Below, in pieces: positions 27,659-40,298 of a DNA stretch of 64,000 nt (position 1 is its first letter; each line of letters begins with the position of its first letter). The translations under genes were made by a program, and so were the position numbers. The notes beneath the pieces are model-generated. The model was not told where the DNA came from and searched no databases. It saw nothing but the letters and a program-made list of their open reading frames with translations. This stretch comes from Spizellomyces punctatus DAOM BR117 (Eukaryota): assembly GCA_000182565.2 (NCBI GenBank), contig KQ257460.1, one strand, 5' to 3'.

Positions 27659-30600
27659 ATGGAAGGAGATCCAAGAACAGGAGGACTCGTCAAGAACTCT
27701 ACTTTTCAAACAGCTTCTGATCGAGCGTTTTTGTATGAGAGTAACAAGGATGTTGCTGCCGTCGTAAGTAAGCCCTTCACCTTCCTCTCACCCAACAACC
27801 ACCCTATAATAAAAACACGAAAAAACATGTTTTACAGTGCACCCACAACAACATCACCCAAACAACCTACACCAACACACCTCCAACAACCCTCTCACTC
27901 TGCTTCTACAACCTCCCCTCCCTATCCGTCCTATCCCATTTCACATCCCTAACAACCCTCTGTATCGTCGCGCAAGATATAAATTCTTTAAAAGGGTTGA
28001 ATGCTTGTCCGTTTTTGGAGAGGTTGTGGGTTTGTGAGACTTTTGTGGAGGTTTTGGAAGGGTTGGAGGGGTGTCGGGAGTTACGAGAGTTGTATTTGTG
28101 AGTTTTGATCGTTTTTTTGTGTGTGCTGGGAGTGGTATTGTGCACAAAGTAGTTATTGACTCTCTTTTCTGTTCAGGTATACGAATCGGATTCGACGGAT
28201 TGAGGGCTTGGATACTTGTACGAAATTGCAAGTCCTTTGGTTATGCGATAACGGTTTGTACCATCCCCTGAAGTTTTTACAGTCCGGGTTATATTCGTCA
28301 TCTTATGATATCAGATATTAGTACCCTAGAAAACATATCTGGTCTAAAAGATTTAAAACAACTCCATCTCGGGAATAACCGGATAGAATCTGTTGGAGAT
28401 GCTTTGGATGAGAATTTCGCTTTAGAGGTAACATCCCACTTTTCATATCCACAAATTACTGTAAGCGCTCATTTGTATGATTTTAGGATCTCAATTTATC
28501 TGGAAACGCCATCTCATCCTTTCGTCAAGTCATGTTCCTCTCTCGTTTACCAAACCTCCATTCCTTATGTTTATCTGATCCCAATTTTGCTGAAAATCCC
28601 ATTTGTGGATTATCGAATTACCAAACGCATGTTATATACCATTTACCAAACTTGAAATGGTTGGATACGTTGCAAGTTACTGAGGAGAGTCGGAGGATTA
28701 TTAATGCGACGGTGATGAAGAAACGCATGTGAGTTTTTGATTTGTTTTGGTTTGTGGTGGGATATGAGGGTTGATAGTTTTGTTTTTTTCGTAGGTATTA
28801 TAATATGCGGATTCGGACCATTAAGCGCAACACAAACTTTTTGATCAAAGTACTTGAAACTCGGACGTCGGATGCATCGCATCTGGAATCAGATTTACTT
28901 ACCCTTATTGAACGAGTCAAAAAAGTTGTTAAACGACAGGACGATCTTGCTGGATCTACCATACCAGTACGTCTTGATTTCTTTCTTGCTGACCCTCTAT
29001 TCTTTGTTTATTCATGTTTAGAGCGATTGGTTTTTTTAGAACCATGATATAAGAAAGTGGACTGAAACACTACACCGTCTCAACCACTTCATCACTACAA
29101 AATCCAATGCCCTCCAACATCTCCACATGCATAAATCGCAACTGTTGAACCAAATTATCGATACAAGTGATATGGCCATCAGGTACTTACTTCCATTAAA
29201 GAAAGATATACGAACTACTTGTTGACATATATCTTAGAAAACTCTTGTTGGAACTCGAAACGGGTGGAAATGTCCGGTTTGAGCAAGTAGAAGATGATAA
29301 TGAGGTTGTGTCGCGGGTACTAGAAAACTCGAATGCCAACGTACATTGTATTTCGAGAGTTCATAACCGGTTTCTAAGAAATCAATTTGAGGTATTGATC
29401 ATGTTCATGTGGTTTTTGTTGGTCTTTATTTTAACTATTTAACCCTAACCCTATTTTTGACTTGAACGGGTGCTAACGATTCTCTCTACTTAGGCAGCAA
29501 CAAAACCCGACGATACCTTCACATACCTCTGTTTCCAATCCAAAGACGTCTTTTCAATCGTTGAATACGGGTTCTGTGAACCAGTAACATTAACCCAATT
29601 CCTGTCCATAAACGAAACCGAACCAGGACTCTGCCAAGCGATCCTCGTAAAAACCCCTCTCACAGATCCCAAAGAAAAAGATTCAGACACATTTTCGTCT
29701 ACCCAGCCCCTTCTTCCGGAATACTTGCTCGAATACACTTTGCCAAACGCTGAAAAACTCTCGATGGTCGAACAAGTGGTTTTGGATACGGCCTTGTCGA
29801 ATCGGTTGAGTTTGGCGGGGATGCCGGGAGTTGTCTCGGATGTGACGAGTCGGATGCAGGATGGGGTAAGGGTGTTTGTGTTGCATTTTGGTCTTGAGTA
29901 AATAGCGGTGTTTACCTTTCTTTGGTTGGCTTTTTCATGGTTTTAGCCGATACATTCTTTGCATGACATGACGCTTTCTTTGATTGAATCACAGTATCCT
30001 GAAATAAAAGCCGCAAACGACGTTCCCATTTCATCGATCGTAAGTCTCTTTCCTCTCTGTTATTGTCCTTTCATATGCTGAACCACGTAACAATTAGGAC
30101 TCTACAAACCCTCCAGTAGGAGAAATCCTCAATCTCTCCTTTTCACCCAACCCCCTCCCAACACCTTACACTCACATCAAAACCCTCCGTCTCTCCCACT
30201 GCAAACTCACGAGCATCCCACCTCTCCCACCGCATCTCGAGACACTGGACGTGAGTTTCAACAACTTGGACTCGCTTACGGGATGTGTTAGTGTAAAGTA
30301 CTTGGATGCAGCGGGGAATCATGTTGGGGATGTTGAAGGCTTGGTAGAATTATTCCAAGGTACATCGTTTCACTTTTTCGTTTCTTATGTTTAATTGGTG
30401 GGCATGTCCTTACCATTATGGATATATGTAGGTTCTGCTCTCCTTACACTGGACACACGATTCAACCCCGTTTGTAAAAGCAAGGGGTACCGAGCATATA
30501 TTCATACACGCCTTCCACACATACAAATCCTAGATGGCATACCCTACCCTAAAACCGAAAAGGTATCTTCCCTCTTTCCATGGTTTATCGTATACGTACT

Positions 30601-32861
30601 GATTTTGATTACGGATTCCAAAAAGGCACCCCAACCACTCTCCCTACCCTCCATTCTCAACCACGCTTCAACCCAACCCCACCTCTTTCGACCCCTCAGT
30701 GTCCGTACGCAAGCAGGGTACGGCTTCTCGGCGGGCCAAAATGAGTATTGGCGGTTATCCCATTCTCCGCATCTTGCTGAATCGGTTATATTGGAAGCGA
30801 TTACGACGTTGGAGTTGGATTCGTGTCAGTTGTTTGATTTGGATGTTCTTCCGTTAGGGTAAGAGAATTTACGAAAAAAAAAGAATGGGATGGCGTTGCT
30901 TACCTTTTTGTTTATTTTGTTAGACTCGTCAATCTCCGCTGGGCAAGTTTCAGAAACAATAACCTGAGAGATATATCCAAACTCGCCCAATACACCCACC
31001 TAGAAGAACTTGTTCTCGAGAACAATGAAATTGAATCCATGGATGCCTTGACGGCTCTCAAAAATCTGATTAAACTCGATGTGAGCATTAATCGCATCTC
31101 GTCGGTAGAGTGTGCAAGGGATTTTGCGTCCTTGATGTGCTTGTCGTTGGAGAATAATTGTGTTGGATGTTTGAGGCCTTTGGCAGAGTTGCCGACGTTG
31201 ATGGAATTTTGTGAGTTTAATGTTGTTTGTTTATACGTACTTTACGCTTGATGTTTTTGTGTCTTCTGATGAACGTTTTATTTTAGACTGCGGGAACAAT
31301 TGCCTTGGAGACTTAATAAACATCTTTCCACTAAAAGCACTTCCTCGCTTGATCATTTTGGATTTCACTGGGAATACTGTATGCCAAGTGGATAACTATC
31401 GATTATTCTCAATTTATCATTTAACACGATTAAAGGTAACCGCTCATCATTTAAACCTTGCATCACATATGTATTGATACGTGATATCAAGATTCTCGAC
31501 GGAACAGGCATATCACCGAAAGAACAAACATTGGCACGGGAAGCCTATCTCGGCAAACTTACCATCGAACTCCTCGGTGAAAAAATCGGACACTTGACAT
31601 TCAAAAACATATGCGAACTCGACCTCCGCAACTGCAAAATTCGAGAAATAGATTGTTTCGCCGACTGCGATTTCAGAAATTTACGAAAACTCGTTTTCGA
31701 CAATAACCTTTTAACCAATATCGATTGTTTTGTTGGTCTCACGGGCCTCAAAACCCTTTCGCTAAACAATAACCGCATTGAACGGCTCTTATCGACAGAC
31801 CAACCTGCACCCATGACATCCCCAAATGGCATCATGAGACTCGATACACCGGAATACGGACGACAACAGACCGTCAAGACCCTTTTACCCAATTTAGAGG
31901 AACTTTCTTTAGGATATAACTGTATTTCGAGAATTGCAGATTTGGCGTTATACCGGTTGGCACATTTAAAGATGCTTTATTTGCATGGGAATCGTATTAG
32001 CAAGGTTTGTTTTTTCTCTTGGCTTCACTCGCATGTACTTGCCAGTTGTCTGACCACTGCATCTCTTTTATTTTAGGTCGATGGATTAGAACACATGACA
32101 AACCTGATTGAACTCGTCTTGGACAGAAACCAAATCAAGGGTGTTGATCCCTCGTCGTTTGTCTCATTGATCAACCTAAAAGAGTTGCATATAAAGTAAA
32201 GTGCTTTGGAGTAAGTATTACAGTACGAAGACCAATATTAAATCAAAGCATCATTCACATTTTAGAGAAAACCGAATCAAATCCCTCTCCCATTTTGATT
32301 GCCTTCCAAACCTCCTCCACTTGCATTTGGCTAATAACCGGGTACACGACACTAGCGAAATCGAGGTAAGTCCCCATAATCCACCACCATCATCCAAAAC
32401 ACCTCAACTCAAAATGCACACAATAACAGAAAATGAAACTCCCAAGCCTGATTGAAATCTCTCTCTCCGCCAACGCCGTAGCCCGCAAACAAATGTACCG
32501 ATACGCCCTCGTGATCCGGTTTCCACAGATTATGGGTATCGATGGCAAGGATGTCACACTTGAGGAGCGTCAACGGGCTGAAATGTACTTTATGGAACAA
32601 TGCATGTTGAGAGAAGATACGAGTCCTCTAAATAAGATGGTGGGGCATTCCGTTTCGTCTATTCCTGGGACGCAAACAGTGAATGGAATCAAATTACCCA
32701 TCAAGATTACGTCGGTTGTTTTGGATGGCAAGTAAAAATGGTTTTCTCCATCGAAAACTCGAAAGTGTGTTTTTGTATATTGAGTTTTGTTATATATTGT
32801 AGGTTTGGAAATGAAGCTTGCTGCAAACTCTTCTGGGTTTGGATCACCAGCGCGATCATAG
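27659..32861 (+). CDS. LRRC9: Leucine-rich repeat protein, LRRC9-like (cilia-associated), about 20 exons
   Basis: Many LxxLxLxxNxI repeats with LRR caps (NPICGLSNYQTHVIYHLPNLKWLD), plus KKRMYYNMRIRT, LELETGGNVRFE, RVHNRFLRNQFE, YRLFSIYHLTRLKILDG and YRYALVIRFPQIMGIDGKDVT. Confidence 0.8.
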
Positions 32862-33129
32862 CATTTGGCGCAACTCCCCGAACTCGTCGGCATTGCAAAG
32901 CAATAACAAATCCTCTCGGCTGATAAAAGACTGATATATCATAAATAAAAAAATGCAAATCTTGATCTAGATACATGGATGTAGGCATCCACGCCTGTGC
33001 ACAAGTACCAATGCCGTTCTCCCCACCACACTTGCTGCACCATTTCCCGTTCACGGACGGCTTCCTCTCCTTTCTACCCCAACCTCCCAAACCAATACGC
33101 ACAGACCCCATCGCCCAAAACAGCCGCTA

Positions 33130-33426
33130 CTACCTCCGTTTATCCAGCATATCCTTCGCCTCATTTATTTTACTCGCCAAATACGGACTCCCACCTCTGT
33201 CCGGGTGATTCAACAACATAATTCTCCGATGCGCTTCTTTGAGTTTATCCTTTGATGCACTTTCGCGTATACCCAATATGAGTGCTGCTTCCCGTTTCGT
33301 CATTTTGGATTCGAACCCGCCTCTGTAGAATGATTTTCCGCCGATTCGGGAGGAGGCTCGTAGGGCTGCTCGGCCTACAAGGGCTGCGACGGCAACTCCG
33401 GCGCCAATGGCGAGTGCGCTTGCCAT
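33130..33426 (-). CDS. PAM18: Mitochondrial import motor J-protein Pam18/Tim14
   Basis: [50 protein letters not shown]. Confidence 0.96.
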   Translation of the reverse strand: MASALAIGAGVAVAALVGRAALRASSRIGGKSFYRGGFESKMTKREAALILGIRESASKDKLKEAHRRIMLLNHPDRGGSPYLASKINEAKDMLDKRR

Positions 33427-33648
33427 GTGTGCGTGTGTTTTTTTTGGAAGTGTTGGAGTGCGATAGGTGATTCGGTGGGCACCGATGCTTTGAATGTAGC
33501 GGAAAACTGCAAAACGAAAGTCGGCAGATCGGTGACTAACTTCCAGTTCACGTGCTTTGGTTGTCATGGCATCAAAGCAGCGAGCGACAGGAAGCCCTCT
33601 GGAACTAACCTCTCCAAGATCCTTCCACTTGATGAATTGCTTTCCACC

Positions 33649-34165
33649 ATGCTTAAATTCATTGACCGAATAGTAGTCAACTTTGCACCACTCAACCCTG
33701 CATCCCGGTCAGCAAGGTAATGTCAATGTCCCACAGTCAATTTCCTTCTACCCGCTCAAGGCGTAAGTATTGACAAGAAAAACATTTGGGCAAAAAGGGC
33801 CTTCCTCCAACGACTCGTCACAGACGGAAACCGACAATCAAACCCAAAATGCAACGTCGTGATCAACATGTCGGATAAAGTGGGAAAGCCAACTATCGAA
33901 GTACTCTACAGTATGTCAACAGATTTTAGCTTTGGGTGTGCTTGCAACCGGGTGTCTCACAACTAATATATTGTTTAGCAAACAAACAGGCGCTGAAACT
34001 GGATACGGAAACGTTAACCGCCGCAGAGATTGCCAAGGATGTGAATCGTCTGTCAAAACGGCTGCAATTGGTGGGTTGGAAACACTTGCATAGTTTTGAC
34101 CAAAACTGGAAGTTTAACCACAATATTCATAATATCAGGAAGAAGATATTGCCCAATCTGGGTAG
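33649..34165 (+). CDS. Mitochondrial ribosomal protein mL53 (MrpL44-like), 4 exons
   Basis: Spliced product: [29 protein letters not shown]...[18 protein letters not shown]...[18 protein letters not shown]. Confidence 0.8.
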
Positions 34166-34374
34166 AGCTGATGTTTGGATGAGGGACGAGTAGATTTCTT
34201 GAATTACACGTTGGTTGCGGACAATGATGCGGAGCGCTATGTAAGGATATCAAAAAGCCGAGCGGCTGCAATCAAAACCCCGCTTCGCAGGTCCGCATGG
34301 CGAAATCATGACAACAGACAGCAAATGTACAAATAAATACATATTTATATAGTAAATAGATGCCTTGTGCGATA

Positions 34375-36759
34375 TTAGTGCGTGACAGTCTCCTTTTGTT
34401 CCTGCTTTCCCGGCGGATCGGACGCACTCAGTTCATGCGAACCTAATAGATTTACAAGCTTCTCGCCTTTTACTGTGTTTTTGCGCGTCCAACCTTCAGC
34501 AAGTCTGATAAACTCGGTAGCTACATCCTCCCTGACATCAACATTGTATCGTTGTATCACGTCCCACACCAGTCTAGCTTTCCGAGGACGACGATGAGCC
34601 GCACAGGATCGTAGTGCGGCACGAGCAACCGCCGGATGAATAGTGACGGGTCGTTTCCCATCTTTTGCGGTCGTTGAGGCAGTAGAGGTATCGGACTTGG
34701 ATACGGCGGAAACATACTCCTCCCACAATCCCCAAGCCATTTCAAAGTTTCTATTCTCCTTCGACTGAATGAAGAGCAGTGTTGCATACGTGTAATGGTC
34801 AAAGGGGATTCGGGCCAACCGCATGTCCTGCAATACTCGTTCCACGGATCTCGGATCACCAAACGAGGCGAGGAGCAGATGGTTGAAGGTGAAGGTGTCA
34901 GGAGTTATCTGATCCGCCACCATGTCTTTATAGAATTGAAAGGCCGATTCGGGGCGCACAGATAACGTTGCGCTTTTTATTAAGGCGTTGTACAGGTAAT
35001 GTCGTGGAGTAAATCCGGCGTATCTCATGCGTCCAAGCCACTCTGCGGCAGCTACGAGGTTCCCTGCTTTAAGATACCCAAGTATGATCCGCTCATACAG
35101 TGGGTAAATGGGATCTCCTCCCATATCTACAAGGTCTTGAAACAAGACCACTGCTCCATCCATATGCCCAGTAGAGCACAAGGCATGAATCAGATGCACA
35201 TACGTTCCCATGGATGGCTTTTTGAACGCTTTTTTGTGCTCCACATAGGCATTCAAGGCGTCTTCAAGACGTCCTGCACTCAGGTATCCTCGGATCAAGC
35301 GTCGCCAGGTTATCCCCGACGGCTTACACCCGGCGATTTTCATCTTTTCAAACTCCTCCAGAGCCTTGTCAAGATTGCCAACGCGCACCCACCCGCTAAT
35401 GAGAATGTTGTAATTGATGGTCGTAGGCGTGATTCGGGACATCATGTCTCGAAACACTTCTTGACACGTTTGCATGTCCCTTGCCGTCGCAAATGCTGAT
35501 TGAAGAATGGTAAAATGGTGATGATTCAATGTGATCCCGGAACTCAAGAGCTGTCGATAGTAGCGCATCGCATTGATCATAAGTCCCTCCCTGGCACAGC
35601 CATGTATCAAGGCACCGTACGTGTATCGATCTGGCTTCATTCCCGTCTCTATCATATGCTCAAATAGATTGGCCGCATCGTATAGTCGAGATGTGCGCGA
35701 TAAGCCGACAATCATGATGTTAAATGTGTCGGTCTCAGGTTTCAGCCCCGCTTTGTCGATCGCTACAAACAGTTCATGAGCAGCGTCCAGCTGCTTCTGT
35801 CCAAAGCACAGTTCTAATAAAACGTTGTAAGTGACTACAGTAGGTTGGATGCCAGCTTCGAGCATCTCGGCAAAGATGCTCTTCGTGGTGTCGGCGTCGC
35901 GACGCTTGGCGTATGCGGACATTAGTGTAGTATAGTTCTTGACAGTGGCAGCCAAGCCTTTTGATTGCAACTCTCGAAAAGCAGACATTGCTTTATCTGG
36001 TTTATTCCCTCGAGCGTACCCCAGTATAATGGACTGATAAACATTTGCGTCGGGAGTATATCCTGCTTCGATCATCAATGGAAGGATCTGTCGCGCGCCA
36101 TCTCCGTCACCCATGGATCCTAGTGCGTCCATCAACAGCCGGTATGTATCTTCATCGGGTATCTCCGCATTATTCTTCATCTTCTCGAGATGCACCAATG
36201 CTCGTCCAATGGTAAACGACTCGCGATTACGGACAATATAGGCATTAGCCACATACGTCTTCAAGTCCGTCCAGCGACCCTGTTTGACCTGTTTTTCTAG
36301 ATACTCTAGTTTCGTCTCAATTTCCGGTAGATCGTCAGCATGGTGAAGCACCGCTCCCACGACTTTGAGGGCCTTTTCCCGGGACAATAACAATCGGCTG
36401 TTCGTATCAGCACATACATTTGCAAATGCTTCCCAGATTTTACCAATGTCCTCTGGTGCAGCTTCAAGAGCCGCGTCTAGAGCTGCGAGCAGCTCAGTTG
36501 ACGTCCTTGTCGAATAAGATTGTTTCGAGACAAGAATGGAATGAGAAGAAAATGTCGGGACAATGCTCCGCTCTGGTGAACGCCGAGGTAGTCTCTTTCG
36601 AGGAGGTGGCTCGCGTCCGGAAACCCACGAGAAAAAGCAACCGGCACATACTGAGGTTGGAAGCCAGCGCTCGACAAATGCCGGGTGACTGGGAGATGGG
36701 GGTATACGATGTCTTGATGATGTTGCTCTTTTAAAAGCATTGGGTAGAAAGGGCCTCAT
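34375..36759 (-). CDS. Pentatricopeptide repeat protein, probably mitochondrial
   Basis: 794-aa ORF with about 13 35-aa repeats (e.g. TYNVLLELC...GIQPTVV, TYGALIHGCAREG, NYNILISGWVRVGNLDKA) and an Arg/Ser-rich N-terminus. Confidence 0.93.
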   Translation of the reverse strand: MRPFLPNAFKRATSSRHRIPPSPSHPAFVERWLPTSVCAGCFFSWVSGREPPPRKRLPRRSPERSIVPTFSSHSILVSKQSYSTRTSTELLAALDAALEAAPEDIGKIWEAFANVCADTNSRLLLSREKALKVVGAVLHHADDLPEIETKLEYLEKQVKQGRWTDLKTYVANAYIVRNRESFTIGRALVHLEKMKNNAEIPDEDTYRLLMDALGSMGDGDGARQILPLMIEAGYTPDANVYQSIILGYARGNKPDKAMSAFRELQSKGLAATVKNYTTLMSAYAKRRDADTTKSIFAEMLEAGIQPTVVTYNVLLELCFGQKQLDAAHELFVAIDKAGLKPETDTFNIMIVGLSRTSRLYDAANLFEHMIETGMKPDRYTYGALIHGCAREGLMINAMRYYRQLLSSGITLNHHHFTILQSAFATARDMQTCQEVFRDMMSRITPTTINYNILISGWVRVGNLDKALEEFEKMKIAGCKPSGITWRRLIRGYLSAGRLEDALNAYVEHKKAFKKPSMGTYVHLIHALCSTGHMDGAVVLFQDLVDMGGDPIYPLYERIILGYLKAGNLVAAAEWLGRMRYAGFTPRHYLYNALIKSATLSVRPESAFQFYKDMVADQITPDTFTFNHLLLASFGDPRSVERVLQDMRLARIPFDHYTYATLLFIQSKENRNFEMAWGLWEEYVSAVSKSDTSTASTTAKDGKRPVTIHPAVARAALRSCAAHRRPRKARLVWDVIQRYNVDVREDVATEFIRLAEGWTRKNTVKGEKLVNLLGSHELSASDPPGKQEQKETVTH

Positions 36760-37176
36760 GTTATGTTGGTTTCTGGTGCATAGTCAGCATCTCTGCAATA
36801 CGATGCAAGCGGTTGTGGTTTGCAAAGTTCGATGAATCCCCTTCCAGTATCCGCTTGACAACAAGAGGTTGGCATTGGTTGCTATGTATCACGCGCCTAA
36901 GCAGCACGTGAGACACGTGGTATGAATGAATCAAAATGATTCCACGTGACTTCTTCATCCGAAAGTCCCGACGCCAGAAGGACAAAAAGTGGCAGCAGCT
37001 GGAGCGTTTCTTGTCCTCATTTCAAAGCTCGGAAATTGAACGCTCATCTACATTACAGCTGCTTATAGACGGTTATACACAAGCAGCCATTATAAAAATC
37101 TCGCTACGTGCAAAGATACTCCCACTTTGCTTCGTGTGCTGAACTCTTTCACATCAAGCCGCTTCAGCGGAAAAAC

Positions 37177-39002
37177 ATGGAGGTAGAGTTTCCTTTCAAG
37201 TCAATTAAGACAAGAGTTTCGTTACTGACACTGTCATTTTTAGCAAATACCCTCAACTGGACCTAGTCCAACTTCACTCCCCTCAGTTCAGTTCCCCTCG
37301 GCGCCACTCCCACCGCCTGCGCCCCTCCAGCAATGCTCTGGAATCTGTGACAACCGTTTTTGCCAGGATGTGCTCATGCGGTACAATAGTCTTATAGCTC
37401 AGTTGTCTGCTGGTCTGCAGAGTCATACCCGGCCCCTGCTGCAAGGCCAAACGGCCACCATGTTTCTACTACCTCCTCCTGCTCCGAGCCACTTCGGAAG
37501 GCTGCCGAATCTGCCCGGAATTTTTCCGGAACGTTTGTCACTCGGTGTGCCGTCGGTTAGCTCTGCGAATAATGTAGCTACATGGTGGACCTCAAGCTCA
37601 CCAACCGAGCCCTCCATACCCGCTGTTGCCGACCCAGTGCCTCTGGCCGCACAAGATGCTGTTTCCATGGAAGGATTGGAGAAGAATCCAGAGGTGACGA
37701 AGCAAGACACGAATGATGATGACCTAGTGATTGTGGTGGATGATGAAGAGAATGCTCCAAGTGGCGATGTCAAAAGCTCTGACAACGCCGAAGCTGATAC
37801 CAAATGCAAATGGGCTACTTGCACTGCGGAGTTCCGGACAGTCGATGAGCTACTTCCCCACATCAGCAAATTACATCTTTCTGCAAACCGTGTCGGTCAC
37901 CCTGCAAAGAGGCCTAGACCGGACCGTGCCTCTCCAGCCCTATCGACCGTTGGAAGCGACATGGCAACTGAGGATGCAATGTCGAATGCGCAGGACGCAG
38001 ACGATACGGCATCGATTTCCGATGATGGTGTTTCTGTTGTGGATTCAACGGCTGGATCATCGTCTGCGAGAGCGACTTTCTTTCATGCGTGCAAGTGGGC
38101 ACTGTGCAGCTTGTCAAGCTTTTTCTCAGTGGACGACCTGATACAGCACCTGTGCTCCGACCACTTGGCAATTTCAAAGGGGAACATGCGTCCGCACGGA
38201 TGTCTTTGGCTTGGATGTGGTACGTAATGTATTACCAGGCGCCTTAGGACAGATCACAATCTAATGCACAGTCACTGCTGACAGCGCATCGTTTCGAAAC
38301 CTTTGATGAACTCACTGATCATGTATCAGAGGATCATATCGGGTCTGGGCAACATGAATACGTCTGTATGTGGGAAAATTGCGATCGGAATGGAAAGCCT
38401 TTCAACCAACGGCAAAAGGTTATGAGACACATTCAAACTCGTAAGCAACCAGAATGATTGGCGTTGGGCCCATGGGCATCTCTAACTAATAGAGGTTCCT
38501 GCAGACACGGGCGATAAACCGTACCAGTGCACTGTCTGTAACCAAAGATTCTCGGAATCTGGGATTATGACCCAGCATATGCGCACGCATACAGGTTGGT
38601 GTCAGATTTTCATCTCGTTTAGGCGTCACTTGCAATACTCATTTTGGCGATGGTATAGGTGAACGTCCCTACAAATGCCCCGAACCCACATGCGAACGCC
38701 AATTTGCTATACCCGGTGCGCTCACCATTCATATACGGAAACATACGGGAGAAAAGCCGTTTAAATGCAAAATGGATGGGTGTGATAAGCGATTCGCGGA
38801 AAGTAGCAACTTGACGAAACATGTAAGTACTGTTATCCGCGAGACTATGATCTTTTTTCTAAAGGTGTGTGTACTTTTGACATAGTTGCGAGTACATACG
38901 GGAGAGAAGCCTTTTAGATGCCCCATGCAGCAATGCACAAAGAAATTTGCACGACCTGATCAGGTGGCTCGGCATCGGCGCATCCATGAGAAGAAAAACT
39001 AA
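37177..39002 (+). CDS. C2H2 zinc-finger transcription factor, Zap1/ZafA-like
   Basis: CxW-type fingers, then [34 protein letters not shown] and further HTGEKP-linked fingers. Likely 6-nt first coding exon (ATGGAG). Confidence 0.85.
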
Positions 39003-39128
39003 TAAACGCTTAACAAGGAGGATGCTTCCTCTAGCTTAATTTTGGTGCACATAGAAGTTTGCTATCGATTTTGTATAAAATATTGTTGTTAGTTTCTATT
39101 ATATACATTTGCTGGACTAATTTGAGCA

Positions 39129-39933
39129 TTATGTCTCTGCTTCTTTCAACAGGCGCATCAGTAAGCGCATGGGCATTCCGATTATGGAGTCTTCATCCCC
39201 CTCTCGTTTCAATAGATACGGCTCTAGGAGAGCTTGATGGAACAGCAAGTTACGAAAAGATATGCACCACACAAAAATCACAGAGTACTTACGATCATCA
39301 ATCATGAATCCTCCACAGCAATGCATCACATCCCCTTTAGAAATGAGCCCGTTGATAACAGGTGTAGGAATGGGGGCAAAATATTGTTGGGCAACGTCTA
39401 CCCCATGTACTTGCTTTCCTGTTTTGGTATTTGCTTGATTTGACTTGAATGAGAGGCAATTGAATGTGTTCGATGAGAAGCGGTACAGCGACACTCACTG
39501 ACTACAACTGCCGAATGGGTCTCGGCTGGCGCATTTGCATAGCTACGTAGGTATTCCCGGCACATCTGAGGATAGCCAGCGTAAACCAGGTGCTGGTGTA
39601 TCTTACGGGCCATGAATGTTCCTGCAACCTTACCTCCTCATTCTCTGGCTTCTCTCTCACTCCACCTTCCCAAGCAACAACCTGGTCACAGGTAACGACC
39701 AAAACATGCTGACCCTGTACCTGCGCAACAAGTGCGTCCGCCTTTGCTTTGGCAACGGCCAAGCATACTTGGCTCGGTCCGTTGGCATCCGCGCGGCCCG
39801 CGACGGCTTTTTCGTCAATGTCGGGTTTTAGAGTCGTGAATTCGACATTATGGGATTTGAGAATTTTAGCTCGGAATTTGGAGGAGGATCCAAGGATGAC
39901 GGGAAGAGACGTTCTCGCCTCTGTAACCGACAT
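39129..39933 (-). CDS. Maf family nucleoside triphosphate pyrophosphatase, multi-exon
   Basis: VILGSSSKFRAKIL, PDIDEKA, AKAKADAL, TCDQVV, REKP, CCGGFMIDD, DSIIGMP. Confidence 0.9.
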
Positions 39934-40298
39934 TGCTAGATCTTCTCTGCAACAGCGTGACATGGACGAGGTTAGGAACTGAGCCCAAAGTGGCTGTGCA
40001 AGTGATCGTTGATTACGCAACCCTTGTCAGGTGGAAACGGAAGCTTTGTCACGCCGTGCATCTCTCCTCCAATGAATGTGTGAAATGCCCATCCTCTGCA
40101 GGACGCAGCGCACCTGCAGTCTCAGAGATATCCATTCTTGATTGCGCACTGGTAAGTGGTTTTTTGACGACATCTGGAGTGTGCACAGCTGGGTGTGGGA
40201 AAGTCACAGTTCATCCGCTACCTCACGAACCTTTAACGTGTACTATTATTTCCCCCAGATTCTCTCGATACTCCCATAAAGAAAAAAGTTGATAACTT

